DNA from: Hydrolagus affinis
Taxonomy: Eukaryota
Length of the DNA: 64,000 nt
Direction of reading: 5' to 3'
Assembly: GCA_012026655.1 (NCBI GenBank)
Contig: JAAILG010001257.1
Span: forward strand, 1 to 64,000
Under the pieces are notes generated by a model. That model did not search any database and was not told the origin of the DNA. It worked only from the letters and a program-made list of their open reading frames with translations. A program made the position numbers and the translations under genes. How positions within the stretch are numbered: position 1 is the stretch's first letter; every line of letters starts with the position of its first letter. This document shows positions 49,224 to 62,710 of the stretch, piece after piece.

Positions 49224-51916
49224 TGCCAGTCTGGAAATTTCCCAACTAGTGGAAAATACTCATCCACGAACCGAACAAGCGAGACTTACTCGCATTGCAG
49301 AGGTTAGCCCGAGTTACAGTGAGCAGGGTAAAAAGTGGGATTGTATTCCGTACATTTAAAGATCCGAGCACGAAGCAGAGTGATTTAATTCTCCCGTAGG
49401 GCCCACCCAAGTAGATACTATTAATGACATTGCCACTTCATGGCCTGCCTTGCACAAATCTTTCTCCGAGGCATGCAACGGCAGTTTTAAAGGTATATTA
49501 GGAAATGAGAAAATTGTAGTGATTCCGGCTGGAGAGACTGTAGGATAGGATGCAAGAAAACAAACAATCTGTCTCTCATGGCTTTCCTCGGAATGTGCTT
49601 TAACAGACTGAACAACCCCGACTCCGCTTGTTAAACAGAGATCATTCTGAGACCAGCAATACCTCCAGCTTTCCCTTTCTAGTGATACTGCTCCATGTTA
49701 ATTCTAAGGGAAATTTATTTTACCTACATGTGGATGTTAATGAGGGTAACCTCATTAATTTTGGTGGATTTATTTGAAAATATATCAAATCTGGTTTTTT
49801 TAAACGCCTCTAGTATAAAAATATCAGGAGTTTAAGCATTTAGCACAGTAATGCCCCAAACTCTGTAACCAAGGCAACATATTATAGGTCAAAACACTTG
49901 TATTCAATTTATATTCTATTTAACAAGTATCTTTGAAACACAATCCTTTTCATTTAGAAGCCTGGGGCATCTTGGTATTAAAATAATTGTGTGTTTTTTC
50001 ACCAAAAAAAAACTACCAATAGTGGCTTTGCTCCATGCAAGCAATTACCAGTCACTCATGGTTCAGTTTCAGTTTAACCACAGCAAGATATTCCTCATTT
50101 CATAACATCTACTTTCCTCCCCCCACCCCCTCCACCCCCCCCCACCGGGTTGCGCAACATGTGGGCAAACACCTTGATAATCAAATCGAATTGACGTTTG
50201 GTTTTTTTTTCACAAGGTTGGATCTACAAATAGAGGGAGAAATGCAACTGTGGTCAGATTTTTGAGTCGTGACTGTTTCTGCTTCCATTTCCTGCCAGTC
50301 TAATTCATCTCCTTCCTGCCTTTTATTAATATTCTTGCTAGGGTTAAGGCAAAGTCTGCACCGCTTTCTCCCTCTGAAAGGTGTACGTGTAGTCGCACTC
50401 CACTGCGGTAGTCAGGCCTCTCGCCTCTCTCTCTCTGCCTCGATAGAAATATGCTGATATTATATCACCACAATTCTAATTGCTCGGCCTTTTTCAAATC
50501 ATAGACAATCCGAGGCTCGGTCGACTAATAAAACCTCTCGGAAAGATTTAAAATAAACTTGTGCCGGGCCTTGAGAAATCTGAATATTTTAGAGCGTAAT
50601 CCGATATTTTACGATCAACAAAGCCTCAAACGGGAATTTCAAGAAGCCATTAGGTCCTTCCTATATAGAATGGGGGGGTGGGTGGTAACAGATTAGCTTG
50701 AGTTTTTACACTACTGTGCTACAAGCAGATTAGTCGGCTCGCCACTGCTCGGTTGTACAAGGCTGGTGTGGGAGTAGGAGCTGTGGAGGGTGGAGTTCCT
50801 GACGTAAGGACTAGAGACAAGGCGTCTCAGAGCTATGCAGTGCTGACACAACCAGTCATTGTGCAATTAGCTGCGGAGGAGGGAGCCTCACTCAGGTGAG
50901 GAGCCGGAGAAGGTTTCACAGGTGACCAAAAAAAGCAGTAACTTCAAGAATATGTTTAGAGCACAGAACTGTAAAGATTAATACTTTTTTTTAAAAAAAC
51001 TCTGTAAAACGTAACTACAATAACCAAACCAGGGCAGGAGAGGTGATTTTATAATTGTTTTCAGCCATCTGAGTTAGGAATAGGCGGTGGGGTGGAGGGG
51101 TGGAGGGGTGGGGAGGAAGAGGCAGAAGAAAAATTTAGTGGAGTTTCCAGTATTTATTGTCCAACCACCCACGCCAAACAGTGGGTAACTGTGGATATTG
51201 GGTGCTGACAGGATATGGCGTGGCTTTGGTGCTCTTTATGGTCAAATACGCTGCCGTCACTCCCAGCCAAAGGTCACATATGAATAACCCCTGAATGCGG
51301 AGGCAATGGAGGGCGGTCTGTACACGTGGAAAACTTACTGGGTATCAGTAGTCAGATATTCCACAGAGGAACAGGCAGAGGGAAAAGAAGAAAGTACTCT
51401 CACAATCAATTGTAGGAGGTTGGAGATATATCATCACTCTCCTGAGGTATATCCTGCAAGTAGTAATCATTTTAAGTGGAGGACTCAATCGTCTTGTATA
51501 GTAAACGTGCAGCAGTTTGTAGAGCTTATTACTGGTGCGGCGTATTACCAGACTGGGAATAGTATCACTGGGAGCTTGGGTCGGGTTTACAGCTCCTGTG
51601 GTTCACAGGATTTGGGAGGGGAGGGAGGGGGGGAAATGGGAACAATAGCGATCGAGAAAAGAGGAAAGAAGAGAGAGACACAGCAGAGAAACACATCGTT
51701 AAAGGCACCTGAGGTACGCAGGAAGAAGAGAGGAGAAGCCAGGAAACAGATACACTGGGAGTGTGGTTGGGAGCTAGGAACTAGCAGCACGCAGGTGGGG
51801 CACTCAATGTCAATGCCAAATAATGATATGACTCACAGGACTCATAAAACCACTGTTAAACTCCTTGTGGGTGTGTGTGTGATGCATATTTGAATTTCCA
51901 GGTGACGGATATAAAT

Positions 51917-52210
51917 ATAATAATCCTAGCATTTGATATAGCGCCGTTCACGTCTTCTAGACATCTAAAAGCGCTTCACAGAATACACTGTAAAGTGAAT
52001 TGACTGAATACTTGTGGATGAAACGCGGCAGCCAATTGCACACACCAGTGTCCCACAAACAGTCGTGGATTGAAATGACCAATTTTTTTTTGAGGGATTA
52101 TTATTAGGCGTGCGGAGTAAGGAATTTGCCCAAAGTTTCGCCCTGACCTGCCTGGATTCAAACCCAGGTCTCTTGCTCGTAAGGCCAGTGCTCTATCCAC
52201 TGAGCTACAG
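51917..52210 (-). mobile_element. Full-length young tRNA-headed SINE
   Basis: Head, core and tail present. Confidence 0.9.
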
Positions 52211-53544
52211 CACAAGAGCTCTTAAAGAATAAAATCTTATTCTTTAAGCATAGAATATCTCAGTTTAAGGCCCACATACGTTATGTACTGTACTACCTTT
52301 ATCCTGCCTCTAACTCCACCCCCACACACAAGTGATGAACTTTGCATTAGAGTAACAGGATATAGCTCTACCGATGTTCTTAATCTGGGACAGTTATGAT
52401 TTATCTAGCTCATAGTTATATAGTTTACTTACACGCCAGCTAAAGACATCTCAAGGAAAAATAACTGACTACAGTTCCAGGAGGTAACTGAACAGCAAAT
52501 CTAGGAGCTAATAACACGGTAGTACTGAATCAGCAAACCTCCTATCTTCAGCCACGCTCACTCCTGCACCAAACTGTGTAGGGGATTTGGCTGTGCTCAA
52601 GCATAGAGGTTTATACAGTAAACGGCTTTACTGCAGCCTCTGTATGTGGCTCCTCATCGGGATAAACCACAGTACTTGTCAGTCTCAGGTTGGCTACACG
52701 AATTCAAAGACAATCTCTGTGTTCCTGAGCAGAGTTAGTAGAAGGGCCATCAGATAAGCGAATTACTGCAATTCCACTCAAAGTAGCTTCTGAAAGAAAT
52801 AGTTTGCTCCCGTCACTTGGATACTGACTGTCAGACGGAAAAGACCACTGGAATCACTCGCCTCCATCTTACACCCGAAAATTTCTAAAGATCTAATTAT
52901 GTCATTACAGTAATTATTGCTCTTCCAGACTTTAAGCAAGAGGTCAAAGCAACAACTTATTTTGGAAAAGTAAGTTTTAAAATGGTACTGCTCAGTATCT
53001 ATTGAGGGCGGTAAATGAGCGAGGACCAAAAACTAATCCAAACTTTTTCAGAAATGAATGCTAAATAATGAATATAATTTACTCTGTTTAGGATCTTAAA
53101 TCAAATGATTAATCGTTCTGCAGCCAAACACTGATTGTCATCTGTTACCGTCCCAAAGTTATACAGCGGGATAATGTCTCTTGACATTTTGATTTATTGA
53201 GGAAGTAGCTATGAACCCAATACATTATTTCAATATGACAGAATGAATTATTATGTAAAGCAAACTGATGTTATTCAATCCACACTGTACTCAATTACAA
53301 AGTAGGCACACAAGCAGACGTTTTGGAAATCTGTTCCGTCTGACTGTAAATCGAGTAGACCAGGTGAGAATTGGATGGAGGATATTTTGAAACAAAATTG
53401 CATTCCTATCAGGAGACTATAGTTCAGTGCCTCAAAGACAACTTCTTAAGAGGGGGCAGAGGCTCAGTGGATAGCGATGGATCTACATACTAGGTAACTA
53501 GGAACCCGGTTGTTTGGCGGATCGCTTTCCAGGGGGGTAATAAT

Positions 53545-53725
53545 GCCAAAAATAAGTCAAATAAAATAATAATTTGGTCACTCAATCCATGAGTTTCTGA
53601 GACACTGCTGTGCTGGGACGTTTCGCCCACAAAATAAAGTCAATTCATTTTACAGTATATTCTGAGAAGCGCTTTGTTGTCTCAATGAGGTGACAAGGCG
53701 CTATATCAAACGCAAGGATTGTTAT
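53545..53725 (+). mobile_element. Young SINE body and tail fragment
   Basis: AATTTGGTCACTCAATCCA...TTACAGTATATTCTG...ATCAAACGCAAGGATT. Confidence 0.75.
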
Positions 53726-54549
53726 GATTTGCAATGGGTAAATCCGAACCAAAAGGAGCTAGTTGTGTGTTTAAAAAAAAGCAAATGGATCAACTCTTCT
53801 TTGAAGGTGTTCACCAATGTAATCTGTGTATGTGGGGAAACTGTTTATTTACCATCAGAGCAACTAATATCCCGATCCTTATTCAGATCTGTAAACTTCC
53901 TAACTCCCACGTTATTGTAGTACACACAGATAAGATGCTCTTCTGAGAACTGACTGGTCACACTCAGGGGCTCTCGACGGCCACAAAACATTCTCGCTGG
54001 ATATGACTCAACTTCCAAGAATGGTTTTGTGGCAGCCAAACATATTACTGAGCAATAGATAAAAGCTGTAAAGCTGAGAGAAATCCCACTCGCTCCAGTT
54101 GCCTTCGATCCATTCAGCAGACGTTCCCCCTAAACTGTCAGCTCTCACAAGATCCTGGTTGCCAGAGTTTAAAATGACAGTGCAGCTCACGTCGACGGTC
54201 ACTTGTATTCAATACCGATCTGCCCGGTAGTCTAGTGATCAATTATTGCCACTCACAACGGTTTGTCAAAGGAATTAAATCAAACCGTAACCTGAATTAG
54301 CCAGCTACCTGGGAGTGTCGGCAGCTGGCGTTTCACCCCAAACAGTCGCATTATTCGGAAGCCAGAAAAAGATCTGGTTAAATCGCACCACGATTTGCAA
54401 TGGTGCTGGATAGCAATGTGGAGCGCTCCGAGATATATGAATGCAAGAATCAGCCGAATAAAAAAAAATATGGCCGATATTTTATTTTTACTACAGCGTA
54501 AATGGTTCCCATAAGATTCCCTCTGAAGATCGAGCAGATTTAAACACTG

Positions 54550-54790
54550 ACACAGACCAGAGGATCACAGGTTGGATTCCTGGTCTGCGCTGCACTGACT
54601 AATCTGAGCTGAGGTGCTATAATTGTTTATAACCCCTGGGCTGGAGGTGGGGGAGTGGAGAGGGGGGAATAAATTATCCAGAGTTCCTGCTTCTGATCGC
54701 TATCTGGCGATCTCTGCAGGAAGTACATGTGTGGACTTCAGGTAAAGACAGCATGCATTAGCCTAGGCTGTTATCAGATGTAGTAGGAAA
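54550..54790 (+). mobile_element. Copy of a second, ancient SINE-like family
   Basis: CAGACCAG..CAGGTTGGATTCCTGGTCTG B-box-like head and TGTGTGGAC.TCAGGT.A.GACAG motif shared with diverged segments at about 11380-11560, 12470-12700, 25655-25835 and 51060-51320. Confidence 0.5.
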
Positions 54791-55084
54791 ACAATCCTTT
54801 GTAAGATACCACTAACAGTTGGGTTGGCTACAGTTTGGGTTTCAATTTAAACTATCTGCTGAGCTGGACATGTCAATGATTGTTTCATTTGCAAACAAAT
54901 GTTTAGTTCTGTCAGCCCTCATTCCGGCCTTCAGACACATACGGATTTTGCTGTTCTGACCAATCTGCTGATGAAGCCTTCTTGATTTTTTAACAGCAAA
55001 ACCACTTTGTGTCACTTCTGCCTGGAGTGTAATGTTTCCAAAGGAATGCCATTTACAGTTTGGGTTTATTTTACAAAAAATTAC

Positions 55085-55255
55085 AAAATTATTCTTGCAT
55101 TTGATATCGCGCTTTATCATGTCTTTGAGACATCTCAAAGCGCCTCACAGAATATAATGTAAAGTGAACTGGCTATATTTTTGTGGACGAAACGCGGCAG
55201 CCAATTGCGCACAGCAGTGCCCCACAAAGTCATCGAAGAATGAGTGACCAGTTTA
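55085..55255 (-). mobile_element. Young SINE 3' half
   Basis: Tail and GCGGCAGCCAATTGCGCACAGCAG core. Confidence 0.85.
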
Positions 55256-55775
55256 TTAACTAAAAGAGCAATATGTTACTCAGTGAACAAGTCCCTTCCC
55301 AAAGAGACACATTTGATAACAGTACTAATTCAAAGATTTTCTTTTTTGGGTTGTTGGCGGTGGAGGGGGGGTTTGGGAGGGACATAGGAGAAAGTGGGGG
55401 AGAAAGAGAGGCTGTGTAAGTCAGTTATTTCATGTGAGAGCCATCTTCCACGCACACAAGATTATATCAAAGAGAGTTAGAAATGGGAAGCCACTTGCAC
55501 ATTATTCTCCATATTTGGTAAAGCTCTGGGCTGCTAACACAAAAGTTGCTCCTCGTTTACGCAACATTTTTTTGTCGAAAAAAAAAGAATGATATACAAG
55601 AGTCCCAGTGTGGAACTCGCAGATGTTGGGAAAGAAGGAAACGAACATCAGTTTCGAGGGCAAAGACCCCCTTTTCCTGTTGGGAATATTTTTATTCTCT
55701 CCCCTCTCCTTCAGAAATTCCTGAAACCGTGAATAATGGCGCAGAAATAGAGCCACAATTTTTGTTTGTGTATAA

Positions 55776-55798
55776 ATATATATATATATATATATATA
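55776..55798. repeat. (TA)n microsatellite
   Basis: Direct reading. Confidence 0.9.
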
Positions 55799-56749
55799 CA
55801 GTGTATATATGTGCGTATGGGAAAAAAGAACACCGAAACGCTGAAAAAGTTCACTGGGTTGTGTGGGTCGTTAAAAAACTCATTTGCATGCCAGCATTCA
55901 GACTGTCTCCAACTTCCATCCACCCAGGCATTGTCCCATTACAAATAAAACTCACCTCCCCTGCCCTAAGGGCTTTGACATGTGAATGAGGTGGCAGTAT
56001 TGCCTCAATCAATGCCTGGGTCAGGGCTATGCTCCTTTCCTCTCTCCCCCACCACCACACACAACCCCAAAACACCCGTCTCTCCCTACACCACTGCTCT
56101 GGTTGCAGACTTTGGACCAGCGCCCAGAGTCTCAAATGGATACATAGCTATACATGCAAAGGTAAAGAAATAGTGCAGGCAGGATAAATATACCCCTCTA
56201 TAGTGAGAGAGAGAGACTTAGATATGTACACACACACACACACTGGGACCCAGAGTAAAACCATAAACTACTCAGGAAAGATTCTGCCTGCCATGGTTTG
56301 GGTCACATGTATGTATGGAACCTTCAGCTCTGTTTGCGAAACAGGATTTCAAAATACATCGCTCCTGACCAGCAGGCAACCGAGTGACAAAACACACGGT
56401 TTTCTTTTTAATTCACTTAGTAAACAGCGGCTTTCCCGATGGACTCGTGATGAGTGATGGCGCCGGACATTGAGTACTACTGAGCTCCAGGCCATCAACG
56501 TGAGGGTTTACATCTCGGTTCAATAGGAACTGAAGGAGCCAATCTCAGCCAAGACGTCTCATCACGTTGAACAGACCCTGGCTCTGGGCTAGGGAGGTGA
56601 AAGTGATGGGTGGGAAGATATATATTTTCTAAATCAATCAGCCACCACCAATATCTAGGACCCCTGCTAGAGACTGAGCAATTTGGCACAATGTTTAGAA
56701 GATTGTGCCAAATTGTGATGGTTGAATATTCTGCCAATGCTCACTGTCT

Positions 56750-56970
56750 TAATAATAATAATAATCCTTGCATTTGATATACCTCTTTTTCACGTTTTCT
56801 AGATGTCTCAAAGCACTTCGCAGAATATACGGTAATTTGAATTGACTGCATATTTGTGGACGAAATGCAGCAGCCAATTGCGCACAGCAGCGTCTCACAA
56901 ACAGTTGTGGATTGAAATGACCAATTATTTGATTGTTTCCTTTGAGGGATTATTATCAGGTGTGCGGATT
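56750..56970 (-). mobile_element. Young SINE lacking the tRNA head
   Basis: Tail, core and GAGGGATTATTATCAGG segment present; head absent. Confidence 0.85.
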
Positions 56971-57029
56971 ATTATTTTGGTTCTCATGTGAAAGAGAGGC
57001 GACTTAATGCTCCAGAAATATATGTGCTG

Positions 57030-57220
57030 TGTGTCAACCTGGCTTAGTTGGTAGCATTCTTGCCTTCCGAGTCGGAAAGACGTGGACTCAAGCCGGAGGT
57101 GTTGTCGGAGGTGTTGTCCTTCATGTGAGCCATTAAAACCAAGGTCCCGTCTGGTAGACTTTAAAGATCTCAAATCACTACTCGAGAAGGGAGTTTCTCA
57201 CACTGCTCTGGCCAGCAATT
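57030..57220 (+). mobile_element. Old Deu-type SINE, 5' part
   Basis: TGGCTTAGTTGGTAGCATTCTTGCCTTCCGAGTC head, TTAAAACCAAGGTCCCGTCTG and GGGAGTTTCTC..TCTGGCCAGCA. Confidence 0.65.
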
Positions 57221-60200
57221 GACAAAATTGGTTTTCACTTCATCGCTGTTATTCTTATTATGTAAAAACATAAATCAACTGTCTGAGGAGATGAGAAAAT
57301 TGGCAAAACAGAAACTGTAAATATGATGGCTCAACTTCGCCCTTGCTCTGCTGAGTGCACTCAGTACAATTACTGGAAAAGTTTAAATAATAATAAAAAA
57401 TAATCCTTGTGCTACATGGTGGAGTAGTCTAGATGAGGAGAGACCCAACTCCCACCTAGGATTAGGGAACAATGCACACCTAATCACCTAATCACGAATC
57501 TGGAGAAAGGGAAGATCAATTTTCCCAGCTTATATAGAACACTTAAAGTAATTGCAGAACAGAAGTGACCGAGCAAAGTGTGTGCAGAGTTCTACTGTGC
57601 TTCAGAGGTCAGGGCAGACCCAAAAGTGCCCAACGACTGACCTCTGGCACACAGCAGATTTATGCTAATTTATACATTCTAGGTATAAAAGAAGCCTAGT
57701 CTCCAAGAGCTGGTTTTATAATCGCACCAATTCAGCTGAACAATTGCATAACATGACTGAACTGGGGACTAAATACCTACTCATTGCAACCCCTCCCGTC
57801 ACATTCACTCTCTCGCTTGCGTGTGACCACGATTTGACTCTGTGGTTACTGCTCGTTAATGCTCTCTTTAGTTAGAACTGATTTCAAGCATTGTTTGTGC
57901 ATATGCAAAACACAAATTAAAAGTGATCTGAGCTGGCTTTGCTGAGAGCGAAAAGCAATAGAGCAGAACTGCTCCGCTCACATCCCTTGGCTTCGGGGTG
58001 GGCATGACTTTCTGCCAAAGCCCTCGCAGGGAAACCTATATGAAACAGTTGGTGTTGAGTAAACCTGGTTATATGGCATTGGACCTCTAGAATATCAAAG
58101 TGGCTGGCACATCCCAAGCTGTTCTGTATAATTTCTTCTACCATGCTCAAGGCAGATGTCCGTCGAATAGCTGATGAGGAAATTCCAACCGAGGCTTGGG
58201 ATGACAGCTGCTGGAAGGCGTTACCTGAAGTCCGGGTTAAAGAGGGTTTGATTGGGTGGGGAGGGGGGGTTGTGGGGGAGTGGAGGGATGGGCAGCAGGA
58301 TGGGGGAAAGGCTCTCATTTTACATTGAATTGTGGTGCTTACCAAGAAGCTCACAGGGAGTTCTTGGTATCTCCTCTCCCAACGACAGAGTGATAGTTTA
58401 AACCTTGATCCTCTGTAGCATTCTCAGTAGTCCAGTTCCTAAATCAGGTGGCCCTCATAGCTCTAAACGTCAGTACTGCTGATGGCAGCTCAGCCAGACT
58501 GGTTCATTCACAGGACTTGGAAGTGAAGACCAGCTGGGGGCACTGAATTCTTCCCACTCAGTTCTCATTAACCCTGAAAACCCTAAATGGTAAGGGTGGT
58601 CCTAACCAGACTTAGATGACCCAAAAAACATCATCCCAACCTGAATCTCGGTACACTTCACAAACCACAGAAGAGATCAAACATAGAATATACAGACGTC
58701 ATTCATTGTAGTTAGAACTTTACTTGGGAAGTTGTTTTTGTATTTTTTGCCATTTTAGAAATATCAATGGCAGATTGACTGTTTTCCCCATATAACATTC
58801 GCTTTGATTTCTAATCAATTCTATTTTGCAAAGCACTTTGAGATATTGATTTTATGTGAAAGGTGTCATATATCTAGAAGTTTTTATTATTAATATAATC
58901 AATTATATGAATATGGTTAATAGTCCTACACCTATAGTAATCCTTGAATTTGATACAGTGTCTTATTAGGTTGAAATGTCCCAAAGCACTTCACCATAAT
59001 TATGTCGTGACTGTCACAGACTTCTGACTCAGAAACCAGAGTGCTATCAACTGACACCCAAACCACACCCTTAGCCAGATATGAAGGCTCCAATCAGGAA
59101 CAAAAGTAATCCACCTACTTTGAAAAAAAACCACACACAGTTCAGATCAACAAAAGTAAACAAGGAAGCAACTCAAGTTAAAATTCTATTTGGAATTAAT
59201 GGAGATTCTAATTTTGGACAAGCCACAAGGATAAGCCACAATTTCCAATGTATTAGCATGATTCGCTGTTTGATGGAAAGCTGTAGGTCACCAACATATC
59301 ACTGCTCGTTCCTACAATGTCTCCCAACAACCTCGCCGTATCTAAGCTAGTGCACCAAAGTTGCGCTGGAACTTTCCAGAGAATTTTTGGCTCCCAAGCA
59401 AAGCATAATATTTTACGATGCAGAATTTTCTGGAAAGTCTCGGAGCCCAGCTGTAGAGTTTAATGGCACATCTTATGGCACACCGACTAAACCACAATGA
59501 TTCAGTTCTTCCCAGGTCGTTCACTGCAAGAAGGAGACGCAAATGTAACTCCCGCCCCCGGTGATTTCAAAAAAAAATCTAAGCACCAATGCTGCCAGCT
59601 GAATTCCTGCGATCGGACAATTTGGCAGAAAACTAGTTGTGAGTTTAAGGAGTTGAAACTTGTAAACATTTTAAACACCGTAGCTAATCCGTTATCTAAT
59701 ATGTGCGTCGCTTGTGATGTTGGTGGCAGCCCACACACTCTCACCTGGGACCTTTGACTCAAGATGATTATTTGAAAACTTAGATGGCCAATATTTCCAA
59801 CAAGAAAGTTTCCGGGTCTTTGCGAATTGCGGAACCAGTGACTACTCAGAATCAATAAGAAATGGAACAGTGAGATGAGTTGCTTTTACTTTTAACTACT
59901 GTACTATACTTAGGGAACCAATGTCAGTTAGTATTCCTCCCCACCCTCCCCTCCCCCACCATTTGTAAAATCCCTGCTCTGATTATAGAGGTCTGACAGC
60001 TATGGAGACATACATTGAAAGTGAGGTCAAACCAAGATGTCACTGGGTGGTTTCGTTGTGCTAATTCCAAGCCCACAGTCAAACTACTGGTTACTCTTAC
60101 CCTCAACTCTTAATACATTCTGATAACGAAAGCTTCTGATGTCTCTGAAACTGCTGTACGTTAAATGTTAATACTGTACACTTGTTGGATTTTACCGCAT

Positions 60201-62448
60201 GCTACAGGAGCTAGAATCACAATGAATCACACAACAATACTGAGAACCAGCTGGCGAGTTCAAGAGGTTATGTTGTTGCCCACATTCATATCACAAGGCT
60301 CAAATCATTAATTGTGCTTATTCATTATTATGTCACACGGATAATATTTTCTTGAATCTCCCCCCTTTCCACCACCACCCCCCACCACCAGCACCACCCA
60401 AAAAAAACTGATCTGAATCAGACAAAATATAAGTTACATTTTAAGCTATCGTTCAAAGCCGATGGTTCTCTCAAATTCCAGATTCCAGAGTCCTGTACGA
60501 ATGTGGTTCAATGACTAACAGAGAACAGGCTTTTCCAGGAACTAGTGTGCTTGAAAACTCCCTGTTATGGCAACAACATCAGCTCTGCAAGACCAATTCA
60601 ACAGGCACGTTATTGCTGACGGAAATGTAGCAATAGAAACCAAACCAAGAGTGTTCCTCAGTCACAGACTGTGGGTCTGCTGCATACAGAACAGCCTCAG
60701 TGTGGAACAGTGTGATATCACAAGACCACAAATGAGATTCACAGGAAGGCTGTTCAATTCACTTGATCTCATCCTTCCTGAACGCACACCCTCCCACCGT
60801 CCAGCCATATCAATAATAGTAGGGGGGAAGAAAATGTACAGAGAAGGGGCAGATTTATGAATAAAACGACAATCAATGATGTTCTCTTTCTCATTCCCCC
60901 ACCTTTAATATTCATTCAATCTTGGGACCTCCAGTGGCTGGCGAGGTAATGTCAAGCAGTATTTATTTACAGTACGTATCTACGTTTCCAGCACAGCTGG
61001 AAAGAAAGGGCTCCTTTGAAATTGGGTGCAGTTTACCGTCTTCTAATGCGCAACGGAAAAGCGAGAGAGAAAAAAGTGGTTGGAATCTCCATTCGCGTTT
61101 CGTGCAACTCATTGGAAAGGAAAACGAAACGAGAACAGAGATTAAAATATTCTCGACAGTCAAACCACGGCGTTTTGCAACCACGCAGGTTAATGTGGTC
61201 GTAGGGAGATTCCATTCACGGCTACTTTCAAATGGGTTTTGAATTCATCCCACGGAGGCTGAGAATGGGATCCTGTCTCCTTAATGAATAAGGTTACGAA
61301 TTGTTACAAGCGAATACTGACTCGGATTTTTTCTGCAAGTGATATTCCCCGCTGTTCAACAATTACTTGCCATTTTCCACTTCAGCTTCAAAGATTACAA
61401 CTTCAAAACATTTTATCGCAGAATCGCAGCCCATAAAAATTCTTACTAATTGTCTTTTATGACAAAGGGATTACAGTTAGCTGAATAACACAACCCGCAG
61501 AGGCAGAACCACCAGCTTCTGGAGACAGGAAGGAACAGGTTACACATGGCTCCATAGTCTCTTCCTCTCAATTCTCCTAACTTTTCTTGTTATTCTTGTC
61601 ACTTACGCTTGCCGCGCAGTCACACATTACTGTAAAGATATACTGATCCAAATGTTTCCACGTCCAAACTGGGCCGGGCGAGGTGGGGGATGGTGGGTGG
61701 GTGGGTGGGGGTGTGTGGGAAAGACGACATAAATTCCACCTAGTCTTAGCCAATGTCTTAAAAATTAAGATCAGAATTGTGAAAAAATTGCTGCTGTTAA
61801 TTCTCTATTTGGAAGAGTGGTGCTAAATTAACACTGGCCCCCGTAATTGAGACAGAATTTAAGAATGTTCCACAATTCTGCGTAATCTTACATTTGAAGA
61901 CAAAATTGTCCATCTAGCTGAAGCTTTTGCAGTTCAGCAGTAAGGTAAATGTTTGGTGTTTCTGACTGTAATATTCATGAGATGCTATTAGGTACTTCGA
62001 AATAAAATTGCAGAATGTGGGAAGCAAATATGTTTTGTACGAGAGACAGCTACTATATTTTAAATACAAAATTTATAATACAACAAATGGCTTGTTTTTA
62101 ATCATGGGGAATAATGGACCCATGGCAAAAGACCTAGAAATCCGATTGAATTGAAAGTGTTTGAAGTAATTGCCAGCAACAAATAATTAGTCACGAGCAT
62201 ACGGTCCTGTCGCCGATAATCTCGTTATTAATCAACGTCCGATCCACAGGCTTCCCCCGTCACTCAATTGTCTGCTGTTTGTCAGGGCGCTGTAAACAAA
62301 GATCATATTTAAATGTTTGTAGTCATGCATATGACAAAGCCTATGTAAAGACGCCACAGATTACCATTACTTAACCGGCAATTTTTTTGGGGGGTATCTA
62401 GTGGCTTCCTGCTCACCTAGCCTCCTCCACAAAATATTAACAAGGAGA

Positions 62449-62710
62449 ACAACAACAACAAATCATACTTGTATAGTGCCTTTCATGTCAGGAGGAAATC
62501 CCAAGACACTGGTCAGTGAGGCATCCGCAACCGAGCTGGTGGTTGGGATCAGAAGGGGTGGAGAGCGGGGAGGGTACAGGTAGATGATCAAATGCACGGT
62601 CAAAGAGATGGGTCTCCAGATGGGTCTTGAAGGAATCCCTTGATGAGGTGGAGGGACTGTGGGATGGGATGGCGTTCCAGAGGGTGAGGGCAGAGAGACA
62701 GAAAGCACTC
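62449..62710 (-). mobile_element. L2-type 3' end with (TTG)n tail
   Basis: (CAA)n, CTTTCATGTCAGGAGGAAATCCCAAG and downstream ORF2-end similarity. Confidence 0.75.

Noticed and set aside
49737-49758. 9-bp hairpin TTAATGAGG-gtaa-CCTCATTAA (a similar short one lies at about 26927-26952)
   Set aside because: Short enough to be expected by chance at this window size.
51306-51893. 195-aa ORF
   Set aside because: Crosses low-complexity purine tracts and probable old repeat debris; no recognisable domain or splice context.
57917-58354. 145-aa minus-strand ORF with a weak RT-like segment (SMVEEIIQ...HIGF)
   Set aside because: At most a highly decayed LINE remnant; too weak to call.
9270-62030. Scattered GTGGGAA CSL-type sites as Notch feedback elements
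   Set aside because: Unpaired and unclustered; the number seems compatible with chance in 64 kb.
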